Of a stretch of DNA of 64,000 bases, positions 47,399 through 61,642 are shown piece by piece (the first letter of the stretch is position 1; every line of letters starts with the position of its first letter). Made by a program: the position numbers and the translations under genes. Source of the stretch: Lepidodermella squamata (lineage: Eukaryota > Animalia > Gastrotricha); the NCBI GenBank assembly GCA_047495785.1, contig JBLDXI010000014.1, positions 248,001-312,000 on the forward strand, written 5' to 3'. Under the pieces are notes generated by a model, which worked only from the letters and a program-made list of their open reading frames with translations, was not told where the DNA came from and made no database searches.

Positions 47399-50197
47399 GC
47401 TGCCATTAACCTATTATTCAATTGAAAGATTCTCACAGCTGTAATAATGCAAGGCACTGCCTGCTGCTGCTAGCGCCTACAAAACCAGGGGAGAAAAAGA
47501 AAAATTTGCAAATTGAGACACGAGAGAAAAAATATTACGACACATACACAGACCATATAACTCGGGCGATGTTCATATAAATTCAATAACCCTCGGCCCG
47601 GATATGATACCCGAAATCGATGCGGCGAATAAAACTGATAAGTATATATAGAGACCATCGAGGCGTGTAAAAGATGAGGCCCGGCCAATTACATGAAAAA
47701 ATACGTCGAATTATTTTCCAACGCAGCGCGAATTCATTAAGGTGGCCGCGTCTCACCTGCACATTTTTTGGTTTTGCAAGGCGTGAAAATAAATAAACAA
47801 TCTCTGCGAATAATAATAATCATTTTCAAGAAGAAATTCGTTCGCCTTACCCGGCTGTTTTCTTTCCCATAATAGAATATCATATCACGCGGTAATGTTA
47901 TAGGGAACCCAAAGGGAAATCTGCGCAAATTTTGATATAGATGTGGGATAAATAATCGAATGGCTTAGACATCTCAATTTTCTTTCGTCCCGCCGAACGA
48001 GCGCGACTATCGATTGGAACTGACACGTTCGATAGGGCAGCGGGATGGATGAGCGTAAAATCACTGTTGATTAAGGTCCTGTTTTGCTAAATAATTATGA
48101 AATAAATACACGCCCAATGTGTTTAGAGCGACACCACATTTCCAAGTGCGCCTCGCCTCACAGATTAGTACTGGCATTAAAAAAAAATAAACGAGATGTC
48201 TATGCTTATGCACTTCGATTTTCGGCCTTAATGTGTTCGCAACTTGCCACAACATCGGCAGCGCTCGAGGCGTTTTATAGACCGTTAATTTCAGCTGTGG
48301 TACGTGGCGTGCAAGTTAGCTTAGTTTGAGTAAACATTGCAGCCATTGTTAATACAGAAGATAAAAAGTGTTTAGCGAAACTTAATTATTGATACATCAA
48401 AGCCTATGAGTTCCCATCAGCTCGGGCAATACATATTTGTTCCCACCAAAAAACCCGGGGAGACATTATGTGAGCTGCGCTTTTGCTCACGTTCTGTGAA
48501 TCAGCTTTGTTTACGGCGCCTCTCAAGGTTCACGAATGAAAGAAATTCCGTTGTAAAGGAAATAAAGTTGCGAAAAGCAGAAGTGTTCCAATTTGTAATC
48601 TACACGCCATCAAAAGAAAACTACTGAAGCGTAAGGTAAATCATAAAAAGTCAGCAGCCTTTTTTCATTTGCAATTAATTTCAAACCATGAGCTTAAAAA
48701 AGTTATCAAACACCAGACAAAATCACCATAAAAGCTTGTGAAATCCTCTTAATTAGGGCTCTGTGAGTACCTAATTTACCGATTATCGAAATTTATCTGA
48801 ATTCATGCTCCAAAACGGAATAACGGAATTTTCGGGGTTAATAAAACAGTTATCGACCAGAACAGGGCGAATGAGGCTTCTTATTTTTTTCACCTGCCAT
48901 GCGACAATAGAGCTAAAATGTATCTTCTTTGTTCGTATATGCTGCCAAGTGTCGGGTAAGGAATCGAGTTACTTATTAAATGGGCGTGTATGGTGTTTTG
49001 CCCCTAAACATTGGAGGACATTGTGCGTGACATAGAGGAATATGGCTTTTTGAGCAAGGCAAACAATTCATATATGGTAAAGCATGAATATCGCTCATAA
49101 ATAATATGCATTTATTGCTACGAAATGGTAATAACAATAATCGCAATAATCAATCGAGTTATTTTGCCGTTGCTGGTGCATGATTATATCTTGTTAAAAA
49201 ACAAGCGCCTGGTATAGGATTACATGCTGGGATAAATGTCGCCGCGATGATAAGTACACATTAATATGGGTCAAAGTAATTCGCAGCTAAAATGCTGATC
49301 TCGTGACTGATCGCTGAGGAAATTTACCTTGTTATTTCGCTTTTTCCTGCTTCTTCGATCGCTCCTGCTGAAATGAGCGAATAATAACTCCATACTCGTA
49401 AAGCGAAGAAGCGAGATGAAAATCTATAGACTATGGTGAAAGACATCTTAGATACTGCAATGCCAAATTCGGTGCAAATTTTGGGTATTTTACGTTCAAT
49501 TATCCCAAATATTTGCTCTCACCTGTGATCCTATGCTGAGGCTATAATTGGAGGTATAATACCTATAGGTTCTCCCGATAAAGATAGCTCCATCTAAAAA
49601 ACTGGGCAACGATAGTTCAACTTCGGATGAAAGATGAATATGAGAAGTTAAATTTATCTCTGCGCCAAGCTGTTCGATTGTTTATTTATTGTTCATGTCA
49701 TCATTTGATTTTCGATTTTTTCAATTACAGTGTTGTTTTTAAGCAGAAGGCGTATGGCTGAAGAGCTTTTTAGATCCTTTCTCGATATTGGTTCAGCTAC
49801 TGATTGTCATCATTCGCAAGAAGCTTCTGTAATTTCAAGTCTGTCCTAAAAATGCGGTGTGGCGTGAAAGGCTAAAATATTGAACGCAGGTATATTGCAT
49901 TTCAGGATTATTGCTTGAGGATTATGTATCTACTACGATCGCTCTACGCCCCTGCTCACCTGTGTGCATTTTATTCGACGCGTGGAGTGCGTCGTGCCGC
50001 TTATTTTCTGCTCGTAAAAATTGTAAACAACAACACCCACAACACATTCATTCACAGTTTTTTATACGATTATAAGAACGGATTGCTTCTATTATGAAAG
50101 GGCCTGACAGCATAGCCAGCAATATTTGATGTAAACTCGTTATAGCACCATTTATAATTGAATACGACATGTGACTGGGACGTAGCTTCGGCTGTAA

Positions 50198-53140
50198 ATG
50201 GCCAGTCACCCTAACGAAGATGTCCCGGCGACACCGATTCGAACACGTCGAAAATGCTGCCGACTTGTCGAACTGAGCTCCTTCATCCAAAAAGGCGTGC
50301 AGTGGGTTTTCGGGGCTTACGGATATTTTATGGGTCGATTTCCATACGTCACCCTTCTCATTGGTCTGGCAATCGGTTTCGGTTGTGCCTCGGGCTTGGC
50401 CAAAATCCAACTGAAACCAATATCAGAGAATGACTTTTTAGATCCTGAATCCAAATTTATTGGCGATGCTAGTTTTGTTTACTACTTCCGTGACAAGTGC
50501 CCTTGCAATCCTCAAACCACAACTTCAACGATCCCAACATCGACCCGAGTGAAAAGGTCCATCGCGAACAATAGATTTACCTGCTCGAATCCGGAAAATG
50601 TAGGCAAAAACTGCCGTTGCCACATTTTGAACGTGGCCTACGTTTTCTCTGGTTGCTCTGGCGAGAAGTGCCAATCGTCAAATAAGTACGGCTTCGTTGA
50701 TATCCAAGCTTTCGATAACTTACTTCGAACTGAACAATATTTGCGGGAGAAAATCAACCTCGGAGCTTTGGGTTACACGGAATTTAACCTGAAAGACCTG
50801 TGCCAACGCGAGGATAATCGAAATGCCAGCTCACCATGTAAAGATTGGCGGATAGAATCGCTCAACTCAAGCGACCTACGGCTAGCTTTATCAATACACG
50901 CTCTGCCATTTCCCTATATTGCTAATACAAAGGTGCTAACTCAAGTCGCGGGTGGAGTCAAGTTGACAAGCTTTAGCCAGGGTGATCCTTGGGCGACGTC
51001 TGTCACAACAATTCGATCAAGTTTCGTCATCTGCTACGCCTCAACTGACAAAAACTACGACCTTTTCAAACAATGGGTGGCTCTAGTTGATAAAGACTTG
51101 GATCTTCAGAATACGATTCGATTTGGGCCTGTTGGCATTACCGTGAGATGGCAATTCACAGACCGCATGGTTGACTACAGTCAAAACATTCTATTCGGAC
51201 TCATCCCGAAATTTCTAGCGACAATTATCGCAGTGGCTCTGTGGGCCTCAGTTGCGATGATAGGCGATGACCCTGTCAGGTCTAAAATGTGGCTAGGTTC
51301 GATAGGCATCACTTCGACTCTTCTAGCCTCAGCCGCTGGAATAGGATTCATGGCGTATTTGGGCTACAAATTTTCCTATTCATGCGCTGGCGTTCCCTTT
51401 TTAATCCTTGCTATCGGGCTCGACGATATGTTTGTACTTCTAACCGAATTCAGAGCAACCTCGGCGGCGGATAACCTCGCGAAGAGAATGTCCCAGACAA
51501 TGCGAAATGCCGGGACAGCGATCTTCATCACAGCTTCGACCAACATTGTCGCTGAGGCAGTGGGTTCAAAAGCTCAGTTCGAAATTATAGCCGAATTCAC
51601 CCTATACACTTTGGTTTTGATGGCATTTGACTTCGTCCTTCAAATTACAATTTTCGCGTCTTCGCTAGCTCTCGTTGCTATGGCTGAATCCCAAAACAGG
51701 CATTCTTGCTGCTGTTGCATAAAACTACCCAGTCGACTGCCTCAAGGTAAAACTGATTTTTTTTTAATTTCCCATACTCATTCGCTTTGTCTTACAGTCT
51801 ACTTTGAAAAGTCGACTACCTCCCTGATCTGCTGTTCCGCATTGGTTGCTTCGAAAAATGACGAGTCAACGCTGAAGAAGTTTGCTGAAAGCTATGCTAG
51901 AATCTTGATTCGATCTCCTGTTCGGAATTTTGCTATTCTCGCCTATATCGGCTACATCTGCCTATGCACCTACGGCGTGATGAGCTTACATTACGGCATG
52001 AGGTCGAAAAATTTAGCACCCAACTGGTCCCCTGAGGCCAAGTTTCTGGATGTCAACGAGGTGGCATTCAACAATTATCGAGAGGTCAGAGTTTATTTCG
52101 GAAATGGCGGCTTGTTGATAGACTATTGGAACCCGGAAACTCAGCGAGACATCGAAGTTATTTTCCGGAAGCTCGAGACTAGCGGTTACTTCCACTTGAA
52201 TATGACGAGATGGTGGCTTCGAGAATATCTAAACTACCTGAATAGCGAACGAGAAAACTTAGCGGAAGCTATTAAAGGAAATCGTGAGCTATTTTGGGAC
52301 ACCCTATACGATGACTACGCCAAGGCTAAGAATCGCCAATGGCTTTTGGACGATGATGTCATAAATTGTGTCTACGATCGACGGCATGTTTGCAAAACAC
52401 GTGGTCACGTGATCGCTGTGGATATGACCACCTATGAGCGGCAAACATCGGCATGGAGATTGGCCAGACAGCTAGAGGAAAAATATAGGAAATACGATCT
52501 AAGAATTTTCGACGAGGATTACGGGTATTTTGTACCTTTTTCTCATATTTTTAATCAATTTATATGGTATAAAGGCAATACGAAATGAAGCGAAACACGA
52601 TTTACATATCGGTCTACTACATTTTGATAACTATTGCCAGTGCTGTTGGAGTCGGTAAGTTTCGAATGTGGCTAATTTTTCTAAAAAATTCCCGTTTTTT
52701 TTCCTACTTCTTCAGCTTTCTTCATGGTTCCGAACCTGGTTCTAATTTTGTACATAACATTAATGTTGTTATCCGAAGTATTCGGCCTCATCGGTGTTAT
52801 GCCTTACGTTGGGGTCGACCTCGATCTGGTCTCACTGACAATGCTCATCATCAACGTCGGTTATTCCGTCGACTTCATCATGCACCTTGCTTACGAATTT
52901 TTAATCACCGGCGGCAACACTCGGCGGCAAAAGGCCGAGCATGCCTTGACAGGCGTCGCGCATTCGCTGATACCAGCAGGCATCGGAACCGTCATGTCCG
53001 TTTTGGCGTTGGCAACGACTGGCTCTTACATCTATTCAGTCTACTTCCTCTCGCTAACAATTGCCGTCGTCATCTCTGCCCTTCATTCTCTGATTTTTAT
53101 GCCTGTTTTGCTTTCATTTTTCGGCCCGATGACTGTATAA
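50198..53140 (+). CDS. Patched-related (PTR/PTCHD3-like) sterol-sensing RND membrane protein
   Basis: YGYFMGRFP TM1, SSD with PFLILAIGLDDMF, second repeat LDLVSLTMLIINVGYSVDF...H, HSLIFMPVLLS. Short introns near 51747, 52525 and 52655. Confidence 0.9.
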
Positions 53141-53539
53141 AATTCAGAGAATCTCCAACAAAACGTTGCATAGCAAAAGCTTTACTGAGCAAATTTTGAT
53201 AAATCGGAGATTATTTTTTCAGCATGCGTCAAGTTGTCCTATCTACAAAACTAATAGAATACTTGATAGGCAATTGGTACATCTCTCCCCCAATTATAAT
53301 AGCTCAGTCTCAGTTTTATTGCACCAGACAAGCACCCGCATTTCACGATACAAAATATTTCGCACGGGAATTTTCTAGGTAGTTAAGACTTCTTGCTTCA
53401 TTTCCCCGTTCGCAACTGATACCGCATTTCCAGAGTCGATAAGGATGCGATATCAAGGGCTAAAAAATGGCAGAGGTTTAACTCTAACAGAAAATTGTCC
53501 CCAAGTTTTCAACTCAACCAGCAGTTTTACTGATTCGTT

Positions 53540-54403
53540 ATGATACAGCAGTATTCTTTCTTCGCAGTAGCCTTGGTGGGCCATCTATTTATTGCTTCGG
53601 CCAAGTCAGGTGGCTTTCCCTGCAAAGATGGTTACTGCGCCTTGGATGACGATGGCACAGAAAGAGCAAATCTGATTGCGCTGAACTCGACGAGAGGCTT
53701 CAAGCTGCTCACCGATGGCAGGACTCACGATTTTTTCCAGATGATGAATAATTTCGAAACACAGATTGAGGCGGATAAATGCGGCTTCGGAACAATGGCG
53801 ACTATCCTAAACTCCATGCACATTTACAAGCCTCAACTGTACTGTGTTGATGTCGACAAGCCAAGTGATTGCTTTCACCGTTTCAGGCAGGATAACTGGC
53901 TGACAGACCCGTGCATCAACTCGATAAAACCGACCAACTGTGAAGATAGGGGCTTGACTCTGGCTGAAATGGCTGCAATATATCGCACGTGTTTCAAATT
54001 GAAAGTAACCGAGCATTCTAACAAAGATACGTCGAATAGTACGTACAAGGAACTTTTCCGGCAATCATTCAAGGCGAACGTGTTTCTTGCTGCCAACTAT
54101 AACCGTGCGAAGATCTACCAGTCAGGAGGTGGTCACTGGAGTCCAATAGCAGCTTATAACGTTGAATCCGATAGGGTGCTAGTTCTAGACGTAGCCCGGT
54201 ACAAATACCCGCCTGTATGGGTGAAAACTACCGATATGATCGACGCGTTGGACGCTAACCGTGGCCTTCTGGAAATATTCGGGCCATCTTACCCCGAGAA
54301 GGTCAGCATCGAGTGTTCATCGGCCCCATCCTACCGAAAAACTCACTCAGCGAAAATTGTGACTGGAGCCATTTCCTTATTAGCGATGGTGATGTGCTTC
54401 TAA
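53540..54403 (+). CDS. phytochelatin synthase catalytic-domain-only protein with signal peptide and hydrophobic C-terminus
   Basis: Intronless 287 aa. FETQIEADKCG (catalytic Cys), GLTLAE, NYNRAKIYQSGGGHWSPIAAYN (His), VLVLDVARYKYPPVWV (Asp), RG. Confidence 0.9.
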   Translation: MIQQYSFFAVALVGHLFIASAKSGGFPCKDGYCALDDDGTERANLIALNSTRGFKLLTDGRTHDFFQMMNNFETQIEADKCGFGTMATILNSMHIYKPQLYCVDVDKPSDCFHRFRQDNWLTDPCINSIKPTNCEDRGLTLAEMAAIYRTCFKLKVTEHSNKDTSNSTYKELFRQSFKANVFLAANYNRAKIYQSGGGHWSPIAAYNVESDRVLVLDVARYKYPPVWVKTTDMIDALDANRGLLEIFGPSYPEKVSIECSSAPSYRKTHSAKIVTGAISLLAMVMCF

Positions 54404-57400
54404 CATGGTTGAGTTTCAATCGAAGTATATTTTGACGACAGAATAGCTTACAACTTGCTGCCCAATTACCTCAAAATATTTGTTTGCTTTGAAAAAATCC
54501 GAAAATGAATAGTTTATTTTATACCTATATAGATCAATAAAAATCCGATAATTGTGAGTCTGATTAATTTGGACTCAATTTCGATTGAATATTCGAATCG
54601 CTTCTTATCTTCTTTATCTTTTCATTTATCGAATCCAAGTTTGGATCATTAAAGCTTAAAGCCCAATCCAGGCGTCTTGAGATAGCAGAGGCTACTTTTT
54701 ATAAGAAGACGGAGAATGAAAACGCAATATGGCAATTGTAGCAAGACTTGAGCGTCGCTAATGTTATTATCATAAACAAGTTAGAATAATAACAACAATA
54801 AAAACAATGATTAAAATAAAGCCTGGTCAGCGCAGTAGTAGGCAGAGGAGGAAATGCTAAGTCGGCGTAAAAATATTTGTTCCTCGCAAGCGCATTTTTA
54901 GCCGAGGTGTATCACAACGCGCAAAAAGAACGCCGAAAAATATTATCCGGCCTATTTCATATTATAAATACCTGCCTATGCGCGCGCGCTGTCGCTGTAA
55001 CCACGAGAATAAGAAGAAGTCCGCAGACGATGATGACAGCAGGCCACACGCAGAAAAAGCACGCGCACCTGGTGAAGCTGGTTGGTGTAGGTTTAGTATA
55101 AATAACGGTAATAACATTGACACTATAAATAACGCCGCAGTGCAACACGAGCCTCGAGTGTGTACAGCAGTATATGATACCTACCTATATGCGCTCGCAA
55201 CCTAGGTAAAAGACATTATAACTGGGCAAGATTAAACATTTCTTCATCGCGCCAAATTGTCTCGCGTCCGCGATGCGATGGCGCCGCCGCCGCACGAACA
55301 GACAGCAGCAGCGCGCGAGCTCATCTTCAACATCATGATCTATGCGGTGTGTAAGCTCGCGCGCTTTTTGCGCAGGTCAAAACGCGCGAGCGCTAGAGCG
55401 TCTCATTTCTACAGCACCGTATCATTTTGCGAACGAGCGCGCGCCGCTTATTATCTCAATATTTTGCGCCACATATAAATGCGCTCTGTTTTGTTTGGCG
55501 ATTTTTTTTTCGCGCTCCAGAGATGAACGAGACGGACACACTTGTTGCAATTTGTATCATCATCGTGTTGTCTTTTATACACAGCGGCGTGCTTTTATAC
55601 CGAAGTGTCGCATAGGTTTATATCTCTGTTCTTCATTCTTTTCATGTGCGACACAATGCCGCCGCCGAGTGCCGGAGATACACCACTACTCGCCGCTCAC
55701 TGTGGTTCCAATTCGGCAAAACAAAATAACAACACGCTCATCAATGATATGCGCCATGATATTACACTATCTCTGATGTGTCTTGGTCTGTTTTTTGCGG
55801 CCGGGCGATTCGTCTCATTACCCATCGCCCTTGTTATTGCTATTGAGCTTCAACTAATTATTGTCCGGACAATAGCCTCATCTGACGTCCACTCGGCAAG
55901 AATACTTCCCGAGCCAAGTGTTATCTTTCAGTATATCGCGGTCATGTTTTTTGGCCGAGGGCCAATCATTAACAACGAATATTGGTGCGCGCGAGAAGGC
56001 GGCCGAAATAAGAAGCGCATAAGTTATTTCTCGTATTTTTAGAGCATCAGTAATCAACATTAGTCCTAACTATAATGGATGGGAAGCTAGCGGAAACTTA
56101 ACAATGCTTTCGTTTTTATTCGTTTATTCGAAGGGAAAAGGTTCCCATTCAGCCAAATGACTCTCTTTCTTGATATTTTTGGCTTTTAAAACTTTAATTT
56201 TTTAATTAATTATAGTGCCTCAATTCATCACTGATGAATGTAACTCGGGAAAGATGTTTCCTGGCGTAGTCATTGAAAATAAAGGCACTTTGCCAAGTTG
56301 TTTGTTAACTCGTGTTTTTTCCTAATTCGGCTGTTTGTTTACTATATTACGCTAGGTAATTACATCCAGGTATGTATTTTGCTTTTTAATGCGCTTTCTT
56401 ATTTCTCGATTCTTATCAAAAACTCAACTTTTTGTGTGAAAATATTAAATACAACGCTAATATTCAAGTTATTAGCTTTTTCTGCAGCTCTTTTTTCACT
56501 TGCGTTCATCGTTATATTGAGAAATTGTGTTCTTAAAACCTGGCTATTTAGCCTAGTCGGTAAAAAGTTTCTGGCGCCAATTCCTCGTTCAACAACTTTG
56601 AACCGGTGAGTAATAAGCGGCTTATGCGCCGGCGCCGCGCGTTCTGAAAGCGGCCCCGCAGACAACAATCATGTTTGCTCAATATATTCATCGTCGTCGT
56701 CGTCGTCATTCTGTACCTACTTAGCCGCACACGTGTTTATTGCCCGCTTTTTTTGACGCTCATTTTTCTAGATGCGATAATAAGTCATCGGCGTATATTC
56801 AACTTTTTCGAGCGAGCAGCAAAACGGCAGTGGTGGAGAATATAATCTAAAAAGGTGACGAATTTTCTTGTAATGATTCGATCTTTACAACGTGTACTCA
56901 TGCTTTAAGGTAGGTTAATGATTATTTTAGAGGAATTGTATCTTAGGTGTAGCCCTAAGTGCATGGAACGTGCTGCGATGACAGACTTGCCACTTGTTTA
57001 GTGTCAAACAACACTGCGATATGTCGCTGTGATGGTATAAATTATAATATTATTGTCATTCAACACAACAAAACGATGCGCAGTGTTGTTGCCATTAACA
57101 AGGTAGTACCTGCGCTTCATAGACATACATACATACACCTGCAACTTGGCGTTGGCGCGGCGCTTGTATAAAAATGAAGCATCATTATACACAGAGTAGC
57201 TGTTAATGAAGAAGAGACGAAGAAGAAGAAGCTCATCATCATAGTCGCACTGCTATAGATGCGACATGCTGATGAACATGTCTGTCGTCGTTGAACGTGT
57301 GCCTGCTATTTGTACACACCACCATGGCCGCGTTTTTAGCACTCTTTGCAAAAATAGTACCCATAACTATTTATTATAATATGCGCTCATCGCCGCATGA

Positions 57401-57789
57401 GATTTTCATGCGCGCTTCGAAATTGTTTTATAGGTACCGAAATAATAAATCTCGTCTGCGTCGCTACTGCGGTTGAGTGCGAAACAAAATGTTTTCGTTT
57501 TGTTTTCTAAAAACATCTCAAATTTATTTATCTCAAAAATGTAAAATAATAATAATAGATAGTATGTATATTGCAGACAGGTGACATTTTTGCGCACTTC
57601 TGCTAAAACCGCCGCCTTAATGTGCTGCCTTTTGTTACATTATTTTTCTTAATAGTATAGGTATCTTACACGTATAGACGCCGTTTATTGCGATGGCTGT
57701 AGCACAATGACGGCAGGTGGTGAATTAACAACTCGACTGCATTTAGCTAATCCAAGTGCTTGATTAATTGCCCATTCGCACTGCTGCAA

Positions 57790-60700
57790 ATGGCTTTCGT
57801 CCTCGGCGCGCCTCCTGCCGTCGAAAAAGCAACCGATTGGACGTACATGCGGTCTGTTCCGAATGGCGGCGGCTACAGCAGCGCCAAGCCGAGCCTCGCT
57901 ACAACCAACAACGGCACGGTAGTCGTCGTTTCCAGCGATGAATTCGAAGCAGCGGCGAATTTCGCCGGGAAACATGCTGGTTTCTACCAAAAGGCGCCGG
58001 TTAACGGCAGGTCGAATGGCAACTACAAGGGGCCCACTGCAACCTCATCGATTGATAACAGGTTCGGGAAATGAGTTTTTTAAGGAGGTTTCGATGTTAA
58101 AATTTGTGTTTAGGACTTTATTGACGGCGTCACAGCCGCCGCGTCAACTGCGCGACAAGTTTGTGCCAACTTCGAACGGGAATTCTACGTCACGGTTGAA
58201 GGACTGCCCGCCGCCATCGCCTCTTGGCCGCGGCCATACACCGCCACGAGCGCCGTCAGAACAACCTCTGAAATCAGCGCTAAAATCTCATCACAAAAGC
58301 AGGTCATCACAGCATCAGAAGCAGCCAGTTGCATCGCCTCAGCATAAAGCAACAGTCGTGTACGACACACCGACTAGTTCGGACTCGAATTTGAGCAATA
58401 ACAACCACAACAGGGAGGCGACAATGATGCGGAACAACGCGTTATACTCGAAGCAAAACGACGACGATGATGCCGGCAATAAGTTCGTCGTCCGCATTAG
58501 AATTACCTCAGACAGCGAGGAGGAAGAAGCTGTTCGGCGGCCAGCTCGAGCCCAATCTGCTCCTCGGACCTACGTCGACTCAAAGTTGGTGCAATGCGGC
58601 GCTGCCTTTTCGCAATTTCGCAACGCCGCGTCGCAATTCCCGTCGGCGAACAACAGCCCGACAAAACAGCTGCCTGAAGCGCAATCGATACCAGCCGCTG
58701 CGGTTCGGGCAGTTATCGCGAATTTCCACCACAAGTCACGGCTGATGACTGAGCACGCGCCGGTTATAATCAAAATTAACGACTTCGAAATTCCGGACAC
58801 GCCCAGCTCGTCGACAGCTTCGTCGAAAGCGTCGACTCCGCCCCTTGCGGCGCCGAAAGCCGCAGCGCCGCTTCCCCCACCGCCGCCGCCTGCACCACAG
58901 GTGCAGCCAGTTGCGGTGAAAGTCGCTAGCACAGCCTCTGAAGTAAGTAGCCGGAGGTCGAGTTCATCGACTGCCGCGACTCAATCTTCGGCATCGAGCA
59001 AGTCAAGGCCAGCACCACCACCCCCTCCTCCACCCCCACCGCCTCCACCTCAAAAAGTGACTAATTTAATTTCGCTAGAGTTTAATTTACAATTTTTCGT
59101 TGTTAAAGGTTCAATCGTCAGTGAAAGTTCAGGCTCGTCGCAACTCGCTGCCATCTCCGGCGCCTGCGACTAAGCAGCCGGCCCCGAAGCTTGAACAGCG
59201 GAAAGCGCCACCTCCACCCCCCGCATACGAGCTGCACTCAAAGCACGAAAAGCCGATTCATCACAAATCTCAGCCGACAATCGCACTAAGCGAGACAGTT
59301 CGTCTGAAAGCTGTACCCGTCCAACAAGTCGACGCAGCGACTTCAGACTCGAATGCTAGTGTTAACAGCAGTAGTGGCGGAAATACCCGGCTGAAATCTC
59401 GCCTCGAGCAGCTGCGTGATAAATGTTCAGAAATTGAGTCGTTGCTAAGAAGCCGGGCGGATGAACTCGGCTCGTCGAGACGGGCGAGGCGGTCGCAAAG
59501 CGCGGGTGGCGCCGATGACGATCGGTCGACGGCAACTCGAACCCCATCGTCGCTGTCCGCTGTCTCGGAACGGGCGGATACGGCGACGGTTGTCGAGAAG
59601 ACGCCGCCTTCGACTCGTTCCGCCTCGGTCGCTGAGACTACGTCAACAATTCAAGAACCAGTCTACGACCCATCACCCGCTGTTCAATACCTCATTCAAG
59701 GCCCGTTGCACATCGGCGTTAGTTCAAACATCGACGAGCAACCGGCGCCATCGACCTTCGAAACGCTGTCAATCGAAATTCCGAGGTCTCGTTCGGAGAG
59801 CATTGCCGAGGCGAATCCTGACGCTGCGGCTAATTGTGCTGAATCTGAAATTGGCACCCTGCTAATACCTGCTACACAGGTGCAGAATCTACCGGGAATT
59901 GCGGCGGTTAGGCAACGGGAGCGGTCGAATTTCTACCTAGACGTCTACGGAACAGCTCCTCCGCCCCAAATAGCCGCCCCGCCCCAGCCTACTCAGAACC
60001 GCCAGCCAGGGTCGAGTAGCTATTACGACCAAAATCGCCGTCAATCGCTGATACCAAGACGGACGAATCCTAACGATTTAGTCGAAGAGGTCAGGCAACG
60101 TCGCCGGAGTGAATTGCTGAATATCGATCGAATAAGTCTTCGAGAAGTAGTTGCCCCTCCGTCGAACAACCATCACCACATTGGTGCGAGGAACAACAAC
60201 AGTAACTCGAGTCGTTACTCGTCGACATCGAGCCGCGGCAGTAGCACTCGCTCGAATGGCGGTTCTAGGACAGCTGCCGAACACCATCAGCGGATAATAA
60301 GTCAAAACCGGCGACAAATAGAAAGCCAGCCGGCGAAAATCTCGAAGCCCCGATCGAGTAGCAGCTCGTCAACTGCGAGTAAAAGCAGCAGTAGCAACAA
60401 CCCTAAACCAGCGAAAGTCGAACCGGTAGTACAACCAGCAGCTGTACCCTCGCCGATTCTGTCTACGCCGGGCAGTAGCAATTACTGCAAGTTGCCCGAA
60501 AGCGATGAGCACCATCATTGTTACGAGACCAGTGAAACGTTCAGTTCAATCTCGGCCGAGCCTTCCATTATTGACGAGCCGGTCATTGAGCAGAAAACAG
60601 CGACTAACCGGGCGGTTTCTTCATTTTCTACCTATGTTGACGCTCCGAAAATCGACCCGGCCCTACCGGTTGGCACGCTAATCGAAGCTTCTCCCTCGAA

Positions 60701-61100
60701 AGAGCCAGAATCCAAGACGATTCCTAACGAGTTCGCGCATCCTGTCCTGCCCGTACCCGGCCAGTTGACGATTGTTGAGGAGGCGGATGACGATGACGGG
60801 TACTTTTCGCGGCGCAAAGAGGTCACGTCATCCGGGGCTGGGCCTTTCTTCTCGAAACTCTACTTTTCAACAGCAACAGCTCCCGTTGAAGACACATCGA
60901 TCTCGGCTGATTGGTATGTCGCCGCAACGACGGTTAACAGCCAGGCGGCTTTTGAGCTACCAGCTAATCTCCAGGAAAACGGTAAGAAAAATATTGCGGG
61001 AATTTTTTTTCTAAAGTTGGCCCTTTTTCCAGGCAACGGAAGCGAGGTAAATCGCAGTCGGAGCGGCTCTGCTTGTTCTAATCAACAGCGGTTCAATTGA
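57790..61100 (+). CDS. large low-complexity Pro/Ser-rich disordered protein
   Basis: ORFs 57760-58074, 57938-59173 and 59100-61100 are linked by short GT-AG introns (~58061, ~59057, ~60982). Polyproline tracts, a PPxY motif, one short coiled coil; no recognised domain. Confidence 0.7.
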
Positions 61101-61642
61101 AAAAGCAATTCATTTGACATAATCATTAATATTTATATTAATTTGCGGCAATAATTTTTTCTGCTTGAAAATTGTCTCATCTTCATAAAAAGAAACAGCG
61201 TGCTTCATTCCAAGCGTATTTCGAAAGAAAATTATCGATCATCAATTTATTGTTGCTCGAAGTCATTCGGTGATCATGTCGATAGCAAAACTATATATTA
61301 CTGTGCTCTTCATCACGATATATTCTTCTCGAGCAATATTTATCTGGTTAAAAGTAATAATAATTTTTGAAATAATTTGCCCTCTATGGAAATCGAAGTG
61401 CATTAATTTTTCGCTTTTCTTGTTGAAATTTCTGAAGCCTGCCAAAATATGTTCGCAATATTTCGAACAGTACAAACCGAAATTGAGCGGAAAAAGTAAA
61501 ACGTGAAATAACCATCAATTTTATTTTACAAAAAATATCAAAATATTTACGTGAAATGAATTCACCGGCGCCCTTTCAGAAAAGACTGCCTAATATACAT
61601 AGATGTGGGCAAATCGCGAAAGCTCCAGGTATCTGCTCGGCT

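Noticed and set aside
54877-57600. Many short ORFs in a CG-dinucleotide-rich region
   Set aside because: No coding signature; probably regulatory/UTR/intronic DNA of the downstream gene.
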